Translations under genes and position numbers: made by a program
Origin: a virus
Lineage: Duplodnaviria > Caudoviricetes
Virus record (IMG/VR): IMGVR_UViG_3300017553_000007
Location: 1-33,165 of that record
DNA: 33,165 nt
Strand: one strand, 5' to 3'
Notes under the pieces: model-generated
What the model was told of the DNA's origin: nothing
What the model saw: only the letters and a program-made list of their open reading frames with translations
Databases searched by the model: none
Shown here: positions 23,862-33,165 of the stretch, piece after piece
How positions within the stretch are numbered: position 1 is the first letter of the stretch
How the letters are laid out: each line of letters begins with the position of its first letter

Positions 23862-26800
23862 GACAGACGTCCGCCTCTCAGTTTCCGTAGATGCCCAGCA
23901 AGGACGCGCTGAACTGCAGAATTTCCGGGCCGGTTACACGGCGCTGGTCGATCAGCTGCGGCGCCCGCTCGGACAAATCGCGTCCCTGCGCGATCTGCAG
24001 TCCAGCCTAGTCGAGAACGACAAGCAACTCAATGCGGTGCGTGACCGCGTGCGCGAGCTGGCTAACGAGCTGATCAGCGCGGAGAAGCCGACCAAGGCCC
24101 AGCAGTTGGCCTATCGGGCTGCCACGTCAGAGGCCAAATCGTTGGAGCAGGCCATCATCGGGCAGAAGGTCCAGCTTGCCCAACTGTCGGCCTCGCTGAA
24201 GAGTGCCGGCGTCGACACCAACTACCTGAGCAACGAGCAGAAGCGCCTTGCGGCGGACTTGGCACAGGCTAGTGCTGCGGCCGACCAGCAGGCCCGCGTT
24301 GCAGGTGCCCGTGCTGCACTCGGCATCCGTCCCCACCGGGAGATTCGCAACGAGGTGGCGCTGCTTCAGCAGCAGTACGCCACCCTGCAGCGTGTCGGTG
24401 GGCTATCCGCTGCAGAGTTAGCCCAAGCCCAGGTGCGCCTGCGTGAGCGCACCGCCGAGCTGCTGGAAGGCACCAACGGCTGGGCTAAGTCTTTGGGGCA
24501 GGTTCACGTCCAGGCCGGTGTCGCGCTTGCCAGCGTCGGCGCCCTGGCCTATGGCGGCGGCCAGCTGCTGAGCTTCTACGCCCGCTTCGCGCAAGAGATG
24601 GCGGCGGTTGACAGCATCACAAACATGACCAGGCCGCAGCTCCAGGCAATGTCCCGCGACGTCCGCGAGCTGGCGGTGGCCATGGGCCGAGACGCTGCCC
24701 AATCGGCCGAGGCGCTCAACGACATCCTGTCGTCCGGCGTCTCCGAGGACAACGGCCTAGCGGTCCTGGCACTGTCGACAAAAGCTGCCATTGCCGGCCT
24801 GACCGAGACCAAGACCGCCGCTGCTGGCGGCCTGGCAGTGGTCAACGCCTACGGCGAGAGCATCCAGAACCTGGAGCTTCGCTATGACCAGATGTTCCTT
24901 GCGGTACGCGACGGCGTGACCACGTTCCCCGAGCTTGCGCAATACCTGGGCGACGTGCTGCCCAGCGCCAAGGCTGCTGGCGTGGGGTTCGACGAGGTGG
25001 CCGCCGCCATCGCCCGCATGACTATCGCCGGCATCCGCACCCCGCAGGCCGTCACCGCACTGAAGGGCGCAATCAACGCGCTAGCCGCACCGACGCCCGA
25101 CGCGCAGAAGAAGATGGACGAGCTGGGCATCACCTGGAAGGGCCTCACTGCCACCCTGGAGGACATCGCGTCCCGGAAGCTGGGGCTCGATGCCATGCGC
25201 CAGCTGATTCCGGACGTCGAGGCGCGCACCGCCGTACTGAGCCTGACGCAGTACATCAAGGAAATGCGGGCCGAGGTGACGGCTATGGGCGAGGCCGGCG
25301 GTGCTATGGAGGCGGCCTATCAGAAAATGTCCAACACGCCCCAGGCGGAGATGGACCGATTCAACGCGGCACTCGCAGAGACGAAGCTGCAGTTGGGTGA
25401 GGCGGCAACGGCGTTCCTACCTATCATCGAATTCGGTGGCGAGGTCCTGCAGTTATTCAACAGCCTGCCCGGCCCAATTAGAACCTCACTTGCAGTGATG
25501 ACGGCCACAGCCGTGACTGCGGTTGCGCTGGCTTCTGCCGTCAATTCACTACGCAATCCATTCGCGCTGTTCCTCGGCCACCTCCGCGCCACTCCCGGCG
25601 CCGCTGCTGCTACCTCCACCGGCCTGGGCCGAATCGGTACAAGCGCAGCCAGCCTGATTCCCACTCTGCGCAACCTGGCAACCGTTGCCAACCTGGCCAA
25701 GGGCTCCCTGGCCCTGGGCGTCATAGGGTGGACCGGCAGCAACCTGCTGGAGCTGTACGACCTCTATGAGCAGAACCAGGAACTGACCAAGAGCCAGCGC
25801 GACTACGAGCAGGCGCTCAACGACACCATCGCCACCACGGCTAAGTACGGCGATGTCGTGATCCAGCCTGCCGAGGCGCTGGCCCGGATGAATGACGAAG
25901 AGCGCAAGGCCTATGCCGAGAGCCTGCGCCTGGCGCAGCAGCACTACCAGAAGCAATCCGAGCTGCTGAGCCGGCGGGCGTATGAGCGCGATCCCTCATC
26001 CAACCAGGTCGACCCCGACGCCCTGGCCGCCGCGAAGCGCGCAGGCGACTACCGCCGCGCCCTGGAACAGATGGAGCATGACCAGGCTGCGGCGGCCGAG
26101 GCCCTGGAGGCCGCGGAGCAACGCCACAACGCCAACATGGACAAGATCAGGGCCGACAACCTGAAGAAAATCCAGGTCCAGCTGGCGGCTGAAATGCGGC
26201 TCTACGCCGACGCCAACAAGCGCCTTGCGGCCGCGAAGAAGCAACGCGAGGCGGTCGCCAAGGAATTCTCGGACCTGTCCAAGGACATGCGCGCCGCGCC
26301 CAGCCAGGGCGCCGCCTCACTGTCCGACGTCTACGACCTGCAGGCCGGCGCCCGCCAGTCGCTGGCGCGCGGCCGCAACGACGACGCCCTGCGCCAGGCC
26401 CGCGAGGCGGCCAAGGTGCTGCGCGAGCTGAAGGACGCGGGCGAGAACGGCTACGGCATGGCCGGCATCGCCGACAACCTGGGCAAGATCGCCAACGAGG
26501 CGGCGAAGAACGTCGAGGGCGACGAGAATGTCAAGCTCGCCCTGGTGAAGGCCGAGATGGACGACCTGCTGGCCAAGGCCGAGGCGCTCAAGCGCGTGAA
26601 TATCGAGTTCACGGGCGACGAGAAGAGCATGGAGCAGCTGGAGCAGCAGGCGCTGGCCCTGGCCGAGCGTCTGAAAAAATACATGGTCATCCCGGTCAAC
26701 TACGTTGGCGTGGACCCGAACGTCGCCAGCAGCGAAAAGGCGGCCGGCAAGGTCATCGACGGCGCCGACGGCAGCGTCAATCGCGCGGCCGGGGGCTGGG

Positions 26801-27129
26801 TGGACGGCCCCGGCAGCTTCACCTCAGACAGCATCCGGCTGAACGCCTCGCGCGGCGAGTTCGTCATGCAGGCCCGTGCCGCCCAGCGTCTGGGCGCGAT
26901 GAACCTGGAGCACATGAACCGCACGGGCGAGCTGCCCGGCCGGGCCGAACTGGTGCCGCACATCCCCAGCATCCCGGCGTTGGAGCGTAGCGGCGAGCGT
27001 CAGCCGCTCAACCTGGAAATGCCGTGGGGCGGTTCATACGCCCTGGAGGGCTCGCCGGCCGAGGTCTCGCGGTTCGACCAGGACCTGCGCAAGGCCCGCA
27101 TCAAGTTCGGAGGGACCGGCCGTGGATAA
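23860..27129 (+). CDS. Tail tape measure protein (TP901-type core)
   Basis: 1089 aa, Ala-rich helical; AVRDGVTTFPELAQYLGDVLP core; C-terminal AAGGWVDGPG..SDSI..SRGEFV. Confidence 0.92.
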   Translation: MTDVRLSVSVDAQQGRAELQNFRAGYTALVDQLRRPLGQIASLRDLQSSLVENDKQLNAVRDRVRELANELISAEKPTKAQQLAYRAATSEAKSLEQAIIGQKVQLAQLSASLKSAGVDTNYLSNEQKRLAADLAQASAAADQQARVAGARAALGIRPHREIRNEVALLQQQYATLQRVGGLSAAELAQAQVRLRERTAELLEGTNGWAKSLGQVHVQAGVALASVGALAYGGGQLLSFYARFAQEMAAVDSITNMTRPQLQAMSRDVRELAVAMGRDAAQSAEALNDILSSGVSEDNGLAVLALSTKAAIAGLTETKTAAAGGLAVVNAYGESIQNLELRYDQMFLAVRDGVTTFPELAQYLGDVLPSAKAAGVGFDEVAAAIARMTIAGIRTPQAVTALKGAINALAAPTPDAQKKMDELGITWKGLTATLEDIASRKLGLDAMRQLIPDVEARTAVLSLTQYIKEMRAEVTAMGEAGGAMEAAYQKMSNTPQAEMDRFNAALAETKLQLGEAATAFLPIIEFGGEVLQLFNSLPGPIRTSLAVMTATAVTAVALASAVNSLRNPFALFLGHLRATPGAAAATSTGLGRIGTSAASLIPTLRNLATVANLAKGSLALGVIGWTGSNLLELYDLYEQNQELTKSQRDYEQALNDTIATTAKYGDVVIQPAEALARMNDEERKAYAESLRLAQQHYQKQSELLSRRAYERDPSSNQVDPDALAAAKRAGDYRRALEQMEHDQAAAAEALEAAEQRHNANMDKIRADNLKKIQVQLAAEMRLYADANKRLAAAKKQREAVAKEFSDLSKDMRAAPSQGAASLSDVYDLQAGARQSLARGRNDDALRQAREAAKVLRELKDAGENGYGMAGIADNLGKIANEAAKNVEGDENVKLALVKAEMDDLLAKAEALKRVNIEFTGDEKSMEQLEQQALALAERLKKYMVIPVNYVGVDPNVASSEKAAGKVIDGADGSVNRAAGGWVDGPGSFTSDSIRLNASRGEFVMQARAAQRLGAMNLEHMNRTGELPGRAELVPHIPSIPALERSGERQPLNLEMPWGGSYALEGSPAEVSRFDQDLRKARIKFGGTGRG

Positions 27130-27649
27130 CACCCCAACGCCTCTGGTCCTGGGCGGCCTGTCCATCATGCAGCATGCCGGCGCCGGCCCGATCCGCCAGC
27201 GCTATGAGCCCATCGGCGGCAGCACCTCGCTGCGCCTGAACGGTGGGACCGGGATCAAGATGACGAACTGGTCCAGGACGTCCACGACCGCCAGCGGCTC
27301 CGGCAACCTCGACCCCGGTCTGTTCGCCCTCGATGTCAGCCAGCCCCTGGAGCTGCTGTGCGTTGCGCCTCGCGCCATGATTGGCACAACCCGGCAATTC
27401 GCGCTGCCCCCTGCCGCCCAGCGCCGGCCCGACGTGGCGCCTTGGGGCTGGGCATACGCTGGCGGCCGCTGGCTGGACACGCTCGTCGACATGAACGGCG
27501 ACAGCGCCGAGCTGCAGGTGGTCGCCGGAGCCAGCGCTTACCGCGTCTTCTGGCTGCCGCGCCTGGTGGTCTTCACGTCTGGGCTGTCATACGAGTTCGA
27601 CGAGGCCAGCGGGCTCTACGACTGGTCGCTGAGCGCGGAGGAAATCTGA
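27122..27649 (+). CDS. Putative distal tail protein
   Basis: 175 aa immediately after the tape measure gene; ends WSLSAEEI. Confidence 0.65.
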   Translation: MDNTPTPLVLGGLSIMQHAGAGPIRQRYEPIGGSTSLRLNGGTGIKMTNWSRTSTTASGSGNLDPGLFALDVSQPLELLCVAPRAMIGTTRQFALPPAAQRRPDVAPWGWAYAGGRWLDTLVDMNGDSAELQVVAGASAYRVFWLPRLVVFTSGLSYEFDEASGLYDWSLSAEEI

Positions 27650-29406
27650 TGTTCGGCGCACCGTTCAACTCGGTCACGTTCAACGGGGCGCTGGTGCTTG
27701 GTCAGGCTCCGGGCGAGCCCGTTGTTGTACAGCCGCCGGAGCCGCCAGGCCTGGGCGTGCCGGCCTCCGGTTACGCATTCCGCTGGTGGGTGTCGGTGCT
27801 GATCGGCGGCGAACAGGTTGCCGCGAACCTGACCGGCCGCATGCAGATTGACCGCGAGGAAGGCGCTGCCGGCGTCGCCACCTTCTCCCTGTACTACCCG
27901 CCCGGCGAATCGGTCCCGACCGACCTGGGCGGCGATGCGGTGGTCGTTGACTTCCTGAGCGAGACCGGCGGCGCCACCACCTCGGCCCGCCGCTATACCG
28001 GCGTTGCGGTAGAACCGCGCTGGGATGCGGTCAATCGAGTGATGGAGATCACCTGCAGCGACAAGCTGCAGCAGCGCATCGAGCAGATGCAGATTGCCGA
28101 GATTGACGCCCTGATTGGCGGCGCCTGGTCGTCCGACGTCTTCGAGCCTATCGAAGGTCGCAGCCGCTTCGACTATGCGACCGAGCGGCTGAGCACCGTG
28201 TCGGCGGCGCTGGACATCGGCGTCGATGGCCAGATGCGCGTGACCAGCTGGTACGCCAAACCGGCGCCGGACTTCATCTTCGCCGAGGGCAGCGCGCTCT
28301 ATCAGAGCGTGAGCGTCGAGCTGGCCCAGGCGCAGAGCGCGACCAACCGCGTTGAGCTGAGCGTCGACTACCGCTACAGCCGCCTGTGGGAGCGCCACGA
28401 CAGCTATTCGTGGGAGCACCCAGGCACGGGTGGGCTTGGGGGCATTGGTGGCTTCTGCCACTGGCGGCCGGACTCGTCCGACCTGCCTGACGTGGACATG
28501 GTCGAACAGGCAACGTCCAGCGCGGGCATGACTCTGCTGGACGGGGCTGTATACAACAAGCTGCCCCCTACCAGTGGCGACCCCTGCGGCACGGGCCAAG
28601 GATGGCGGAACGATTATCCGAACCTGCTTCTGGCTGCGACATGGACCGGTGGCCGGCGATGGGTGCAGCCGATCACTGAGCGCTACTCGGTCCTGGTCGG
28701 CACGCTGGTCGGCCTGGAAGGCGCGAGCGAGGTCCAAGTCATCGCGCGGCAGAGCGCCGCCTTCGAGATCGAGGACAAGCGCAGCGAGACCTGGGAGAGC
28801 GACGAAGTCAAAACGGGCACGCCCGGCGCGGAAGACCTGGTCGACGATGCCCGCCGGAGTGCTGCCTTCAACTGCACCTTGCAGCGGGCTGCCGTCACGG
28901 TCATTGGCGCGCATCGCGGCACCACGGTCAGTTGGCAGGTGCCCACCCCGATGGGGATCGGCTGCGACCTGGTGCATACCTTGGAGCTGCGCGACCAGGT
29001 CAAGGCGCGCGGCAAGTGCCGGCGCATCGTCGATGAGTACGACTTCAGCGCCGGGACCGCCATCACCACGCTGTCCATTGCCGTGATGCGCGGCGGTGGC
29101 ACCTCCGACGCGCTGTCGCCGCCGGCCAAGCCGGACGTCGACGTCGCCGAGGTCGACTTCACACACGACCCACTGCCTACCCAGCTTGGCATGCGCAACG
29201 AAAGCCCGATCTACAACGACGAGCTGGATGGCTTCGCGGGTAACTACGACAACCGTGACGACGACATCAACCCGAACCTGGAAGAGTTCCCGCGCCGGAT
29301 GACGATCACCGCGCCGGAGATCGAGGCCGGCCTGCGCGACGAGCGCGAAGTCCCCGTTGCAGCCACCTACCAGGTCGGCATCCCCGACGACTTGCTGGAG
29401 CTTTGA
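27649..29406 (+). CDS. Putative tail hub / tip protein
   Basis: ATG 27649 overlaps the previous stop; acidic, beta-rich 585 aa. Confidence 0.7.
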   Translation: MFGAPFNSVTFNGALVLGQAPGEPVVVQPPEPPGLGVPASGYAFRWWVSVLIGGEQVAANLTGRMQIDREEGAAGVATFSLYYPPGESVPTDLGGDAVVVDFLSETGGATTSARRYTGVAVEPRWDAVNRVMEITCSDKLQQRIEQMQIAEIDALIGGAWSSDVFEPIEGRSRFDYATERLSTVSAALDIGVDGQMRVTSWYAKPAPDFIFAEGSALYQSVSVELAQAQSATNRVELSVDYRYSRLWERHDSYSWEHPGTGGLGGIGGFCHWRPDSSDLPDVDMVEQATSSAGMTLLDGAVYNKLPPTSGDPCGTGQGWRNDYPNLLLAATWTGGRRWVQPITERYSVLVGTLVGLEGASEVQVIARQSAAFEIEDKRSETWESDEVKTGTPGAEDLVDDARRSAAFNCTLQRAAVTVIGAHRGTTVSWQVPTPMGIGCDLVHTLELRDQVKARGKCRRIVDEYDFSAGTAITTLSIAVMRGGGTSDALSPPAKPDVDVAEVDFTHDPLPTQLGMRNESPIYNDELDGFAGNYDNRDDDINPNLEEFPRRMTITAPEIEAGLRDEREVPVAATYQVGIPDDLLEL

Positions 29407-29409
29407 CAC

Positions 29410-29751
29410 ATGGCAGCCAACACCAGCCGGAGCGCGTCGATTGTCGAGGACCTGCGGGCCCTGACCGGCGGCAACAACGCGCAGAACAAGCAACTGAAGG
29501 CGCTGGAACCCCGAGGCGCGCTTGCTGCGCAGCGTGGCCGCGCGGACTACCAGGAACCCGAGGCAGCCAACACGGGCGGCGGGATCGCCAGCCCCCTGGT
29601 CGAGACCAGCCGCGAGTATTGGGACACCCGACACGTCTTCAGCTCTGACGGCCTCTACGTGATGGAGATCAAGCCGGTGAAGTACCTGAACATGGACGAC
29701 GCCAACAGCGCTCCGGTGCAGTTCCAGTTCAAGGAGCCCGCCGATGATTGA
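29410..29751 (+). CDS. Tail-associated hypothetical protein
   Basis: 113 aa in operon; GGGIASPL motif. Confidence 0.65.
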   Translation: MAANTSRSASIVEDLRALTGGNNAQNKQLKALEPRGALAAQRGRADYQEPEAANTGGGIASPLVETSREYWDTRHVFSSDGLYVMEIKPVKYLNMDDANSAPVQFQFKEPADD

Positions 29752-31411
29752 GCGCCTGGCACGGATTGGGGCATGGGGCTGCCCCTGGCACGGGAAAATC
29801 CTCAACGACACGCTCACGCTACCGAACGGCCAGGTGCGGAGTGGTTATGGCGTCACCACGGGCCGGTCCTGGCGTCTGTCTGTACCTGGTGTCACTCCGG
29901 TCGTCCGCTCTCCCGCCGAGGCGGCGGACGATGCTTTGAGGGGGTGGCAGTGGCGTAGCGACGTCATTGTCAGCCCACTCGGGGGGCGAGTCCTACTGCA
30001 CGGCCAGGGATTGGCGAGTGATTGTGAATGGCTGTACGCGGTTGCCCCTGGGCAGGTGTGGAAGGTCCAAGTGCCGGCGTTCGAGATAAGCGGAGGCGAG
30101 TTGGCCCAGCCGCTCACCCTGACGCGTTTCGGCGAACTGCGTGAGAAGAAGGCCAAGGAGAGCTGGCAGCCGCAGCAGGTCGAGGTGCCTGTCGAGCTGG
30201 TCGGGATTAGTGGGGCCGACGCCTGGATAGCGGATGCCAACGTGCTGTGGGACGTGGACGAGAACGGCGGGCGAGCGATCTTCATTGCGGGCTTTTGGGA
30301 TTTGCCAAGGGCCGGTGCGGGTGCGGTGCTGCTACGCATTACCGGTTCTGGCCAGCCGGGTGACGAGTTCCAGGCTCGGCTTGAAGTGCTCAGCGCCCCG
30401 GATGCCGGCGACTACAACGCGGTCGACAACTGGGGGCCAGTACGGAAGGTCTGGGCGGCACAAACAACGATCAGCGAGCGTTGGGAGCCCAGCGAGTCGG
30501 CGTGTCCGAAAGACTTCGTGCGGTCCATCGACGCCTACAACATCGCGCTGCTGCCGGTAGGCGAGGGCTCTCCCGTCAACGAGTTCGGGTACTGGGAAGG
30601 CCAGCGCTCCTGCCGCATCCGCTATCCGCTGCTGTTCTGGTTCAAGCCCAACGGCGACATCGAAAAAGTAGAGGTCGAGGTTGCGTATACCCTCGATGAG
30701 CAAAACTCGCACACCGGCAGCGCCACCCCGATAACGCCGGCTGAGTCCCGGCAGCACTACGAACCGAACCAGTCCGGTACGGCGTGTGAACTCGTATCAA
30801 CCGGCTCGACGGATGGGCTATACGACTGGCATACGCTCATCACCAATACCTACGACGAGGACTACCGAATCTCGCTGCTGGTCGATGGCAACGTGATCGA
30901 CAGTGCGTCGATCCACTATCACGTCGAGCGGCGTAACGAGGGGGCGGGCCAGGCCAGTGGCGTGTCGCAGGTGCCATACGAGGGGCATTCCACGTATCGC
31001 CTGGAGCTGAACGGCGAGACATGGGACACCGAGTCATCCGAGGCGACTGGCCAGTTGCTTGGCTTCAAGCCGTTCGGCATCAGGATCGCGCCGCATATGT
31101 TGTTTGAATTGCCGTTTGATCCCAACGACCGGACTGGCAATACCCGCAGTCTGCTGAGCTTCGCATTGCGCAGCTTCGACGGTTCGCGCGGCCTCAGTGC
31201 GCGGCCGTGGCCCTATTCCAATCATTTGCTCTGCCTGCTGACCACTGGCGCGGGTAATGGCAATCAGCAGCTCTATGGCCCCAGTGCGCACCCCGGCGGC
31301 GTTGACGCGCGAACCTTCCTGGTATCCGGCGGGCAGCCTCGCTACGGCAGCTGGAACCCGGTCACAGGCGAGGTGGCTGCCGGCGAGCAGGTGCCCGTCA
31401 ATTTCGCTTAG
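29744..31411 (+). CDS. Putative tail tip / receptor-binding protein
   Basis: 555 aa; WGCPWHG N-terminus; AAGGAG SD; less biased codon usage than the core genes (by eye). Confidence 0.6.
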   Translation: MIERLARIGAWGCPWHGKILNDTLTLPNGQVRSGYGVTTGRSWRLSVPGVTPVVRSPAEAADDALRGWQWRSDVIVSPLGGRVLLHGQGLASDCEWLYAVAPGQVWKVQVPAFEISGGELAQPLTLTRFGELREKKAKESWQPQQVEVPVELVGISGADAWIADANVLWDVDENGGRAIFIAGFWDLPRAGAGAVLLRITGSGQPGDEFQARLEVLSAPDAGDYNAVDNWGPVRKVWAAQTTISERWEPSESACPKDFVRSIDAYNIALLPVGEGSPVNEFGYWEGQRSCRIRYPLLFWFKPNGDIEKVEVEVAYTLDEQNSHTGSATPITPAESRQHYEPNQSGTACELVSTGSTDGLYDWHTLITNTYDEDYRISLLVDGNVIDSASIHYHVERRNEGAGQASGVSQVPYEGHSTYRLELNGETWDTESSEATGQLLGFKPFGIRIAPHMLFELPFDPNDRTGNTRSLLSFALRSFDGSRGLSARPWPYSNHLLCLLTTGAGNGNQQLYGPSAHPGGVDARTFLVSGGQPRYGSWNPVTGEVAAGEQVPVNFA

Positions 31412-31419
31412 GTGATCCC

Positions 31420-31983
31420 ATGCAGAGATTCGTCAACGACTACTTCATCCAACTGACTGGCCCGCTCGGGCCAGGCGGGGCCTCGCTACCCATCTCGGCA
31501 GCGGATGCGGCCCGGCTGCCGATGGGCGCAAGTGACTTCTATCTGCTCACCCTGACGGACTCGCTCGACATCCGGGAACGCACTCGGGTGGAGATCGTCA
31601 AGGCGACGGCGGCCTCTGGCGGCGGAATCACACTGGTGCGGCAGCAGGAGAGCACCCAGGCCGGCAGTTTCGTGGCCGGCGACTGGGTGCTCTGCGGCCC
31701 TACAGCTGGAACTATCGCGGCTCTGATGGCCAAGGCTGGCCAGGTCGACACGCTCAACGCCCAGGTGCTGGACCTGCAGCAACGTGTCGCGGCCCTGGAA
31801 GGCGGCGAGCCAGAGCCGCCTGGAGACGGCCTGCTGGTCGACGCGGATGGCAACTACTTGACCGATGAGCAAGGCAATCACCTGGAGGGCGGAGCCCCGG
31901 AACCGCCCGACGACGGCTTGCTGGTCGATACCAGTGGCAACTACTTAACCGATGAACAAGGGAATCACCTGAAGGGGGTATGA
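31420..31983 (+). CDS. Tail fibre-associated protein with duplicated 29-aa C-terminal motif
   Basis: EIVKAT..LVRQQEST N-domain, short coiled coil, two copies of EPP-DGLLVD--GNYLTDEQGNHL-G. Confidence 0.65.
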   Translation: MQRFVNDYFIQLTGPLGPGGASLPISAADAARLPMGASDFYLLTLTDSLDIRERTRVEIVKATAASGGGITLVRQQESTQAGSFVAGDWVLCGPTAGTIAALMAKAGQVDTLNAQVLDLQQRVAALEGGEPEPPGDGLLVDADGNYLTDEQGNHLEGGAPEPPDDGLLVDTSGNYLTDEQGNHLKGV

Positions 31984-31984
31984 C

Positions 31985-32881
31985 ATGGCAAACGTACAGC
32001 ACATTGTTACCGGGGCCGGCGCTCCGGCCAGCGCGCCGCCAGCAGTAGGCGCTCACTACATCGACACGACCAACAAGCGGACATACGTCTCGACGGGCAC
32101 GGCGGCTGCCTCGGACTGGGGGCAGCCGCTGCAGACTGGAGCACTGCCCATTGTCACCGGCACTACCGCCCCGAACAGCGCGCCGCCGGCCATTGGCGCG
32201 CATTACGTGAACACCGCGGCTAAGCGGACGTATATCGCTGTCGGCACCGCCTCCTCGGCGGATTGGGTGCCCCTGGTCACGGGCTCCGCTGCGGTGGTGG
32301 TAACCGGGAACGGCGCTCCCGATAGCCCACCTCCATCAATCGGTGCTCTGTACGTGGATGCTGTCACCACGACCGTCCGGGTGGCTACGGGAACGGCATC
32401 AGAGGATGACTGGGGCGACCCGGTGTTCAGGGGTAGCCCCGAAGGCGGCGGCGGTGGTGACGTCAACGGTATCGTCTATACGACGGAATCCAACCTTGAT
32501 CCGGATTCCGACGGCGTGACGTTCTCGATTCCATCGGATCAGCGCATCGTCGAAATCGAGATGCCGAACGCGGACGATACGGGGAGCAACCAGGGAACTC
32601 TGAAGCTCGCCCCGATCCCGGTTTCCGAGGATGACCACGAACTGCTGGTGATCGTCCGGCGCGCCCGAGATGAGAACGCTGCGGAGCTGGTGCTGCCGGC
32701 CATGGTCGAAACCGACGCTCTCAGCGATGTGTACTACACGGTCATTCCGCAAACGCTGGGCGGCACGGCGGGCACGCTGTTCGACTTCGAGTGGACCATT
32801 CCGATTCCCATCGGCTTCAGTGCGTTCCGTGTGTATCGGCGGTTCGGCCGCGCCTACTTCATCGCCACCCTGGCGCAGTAG
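31985..32881 (+). CDS. Putative tail fibre / adhesin with three N-terminal repeats
   Basis: Three copies of (I/V)VTG--AP-S-PP--GA-Y--------V--GTA---DW, then a Gly linker and a distinct C-terminal domain. Confidence 0.65.
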   Translation: MANVQHIVTGAGAPASAPPAVGAHYIDTTNKRTYVSTGTAAASDWGQPLQTGALPIVTGTTAPNSAPPAIGAHYVNTAAKRTYIAVGTASSADWVPLVTGSAAVVVTGNGAPDSPPPSIGALYVDAVTTTVRVATGTASEDDWGDPVFRGSPEGGGGGDVNGIVYTTESNLDPDSDGVTFSIPSDQRIVEIEMPNADDTGSNQGTLKLAPIPVSEDDHELLVIVRRARDENAAELVLPAMVETDALSDVYYTVIPQTLGGTAGTLFDFEWTIPIPIGFSAFRVYRRFGRAYFIATLAQ

Positions 32882-32903
32882 CGCGGTTGCCCTTTGGGCT
32901 GCT

Positions 32904-32925
32904 GGCCGGGGTACTTACCCCGGCC
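32904..32925. terminator. Hairpin after the last gene
   Basis: GGCCGGGGT-ACTT-ACCCCGGCC; no U-tract. Confidence 0.4.
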
Positions 32926-32944
32926 GCGCTGCTGGGCTGGTAAG

Positions 32945-33042
32945 CAGTGTGCCAAATGTCCCGCCGAATTTGAGTCGCCTCAAGGCGAATGGGCTATGCC
33001 AAGAGTCCCGCAAGGCAGTGCCAAATCCGTCGCGCGCTTACA
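32945..33042. promoter_or_regulatory. Right end (attR) with three putative transposase-binding sites
   Basis: TGCCAA at 32950, 32997 and 33019; the outermost lies 19-24 nt from the CA end, mirroring the left end; the outer two are 22 bp apart. Confidence 0.75.
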
Positions 33043-33165
33043 GTTATTCGCCCTACGGATTTCCAGAGAAACATCCAAGCGCACCGGAATGCCCCTTCAG
33101 AAGGCCGAGCGAAACCCGCGCTCAGGAGGTCATGCGACATGGATGTCGCGAGAGCCCCGATGGGC

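Larger units (their letters stand above)
350..33042 (+). mobile_element. Complete Mu-like transposable prophage with siphovirus-type tail
   Basis: Ends TGTGAGC (350) and GCTTACA (33042); GTTAT direct repeat at 345-349 and 33043-33047; MuA/MuB, ner, gemA, mor and Mu-type head genes in Mu order. Confidence 0.95.

Noticed and set aside
19255-29817. Very long minus-strand ORFs (19255..21357, 21908..23818, 27616..29817; also 16061..17500)
   Set aside because: They are shadows of well-supported plus-strand genes in high-GC DNA, with low-information translations and no motifs
31801-31977. Possible DGR template/variable repeat pair
   Set aside because: Mismatches are not adenine-specific, both copies are in frame in one gene, and no reverse transcriptase is present

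Overview
The window is almost entirely one apparently complete Mu-like (transposable) prophage, 350..33042 (32,693 bp). It is bounded by TG...CA ends and a 5-bp target duplication (GTTAT), and it is inserted into a GTAG-type REP palindrome just downstream of a host psiF-like gene. A Pseudomonas-like host is inferred from GC content and REP type. Gene order: divergent CI/S24-type repressor; ner, MuA, MuB, accessory early genes, gemA and mor; late lysis genes (SAR endolysin, i-spanin with embedded o-spanin, no obvious holin); terminases, portal, F, protease/scaffold, capsid; and a non-contractile (siphovirus-type) tail. No gin or mom is present. The strongest non-obvious element is a fully formed type II hammerhead ribozyme filling the intergenic gap at 8854..8926. 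Other signals: repeated late-promoter boxes that predict leaderless mRNAs, a -1 frameshift in the tail chaperone, an amber-interrupted moron upstream of the protease gene, two unannotated small membrane ORFs, and a 10-bp-phased CCGGA array near the left end. All product calls come from motif recognition and synteny by eye; no database searches were run.
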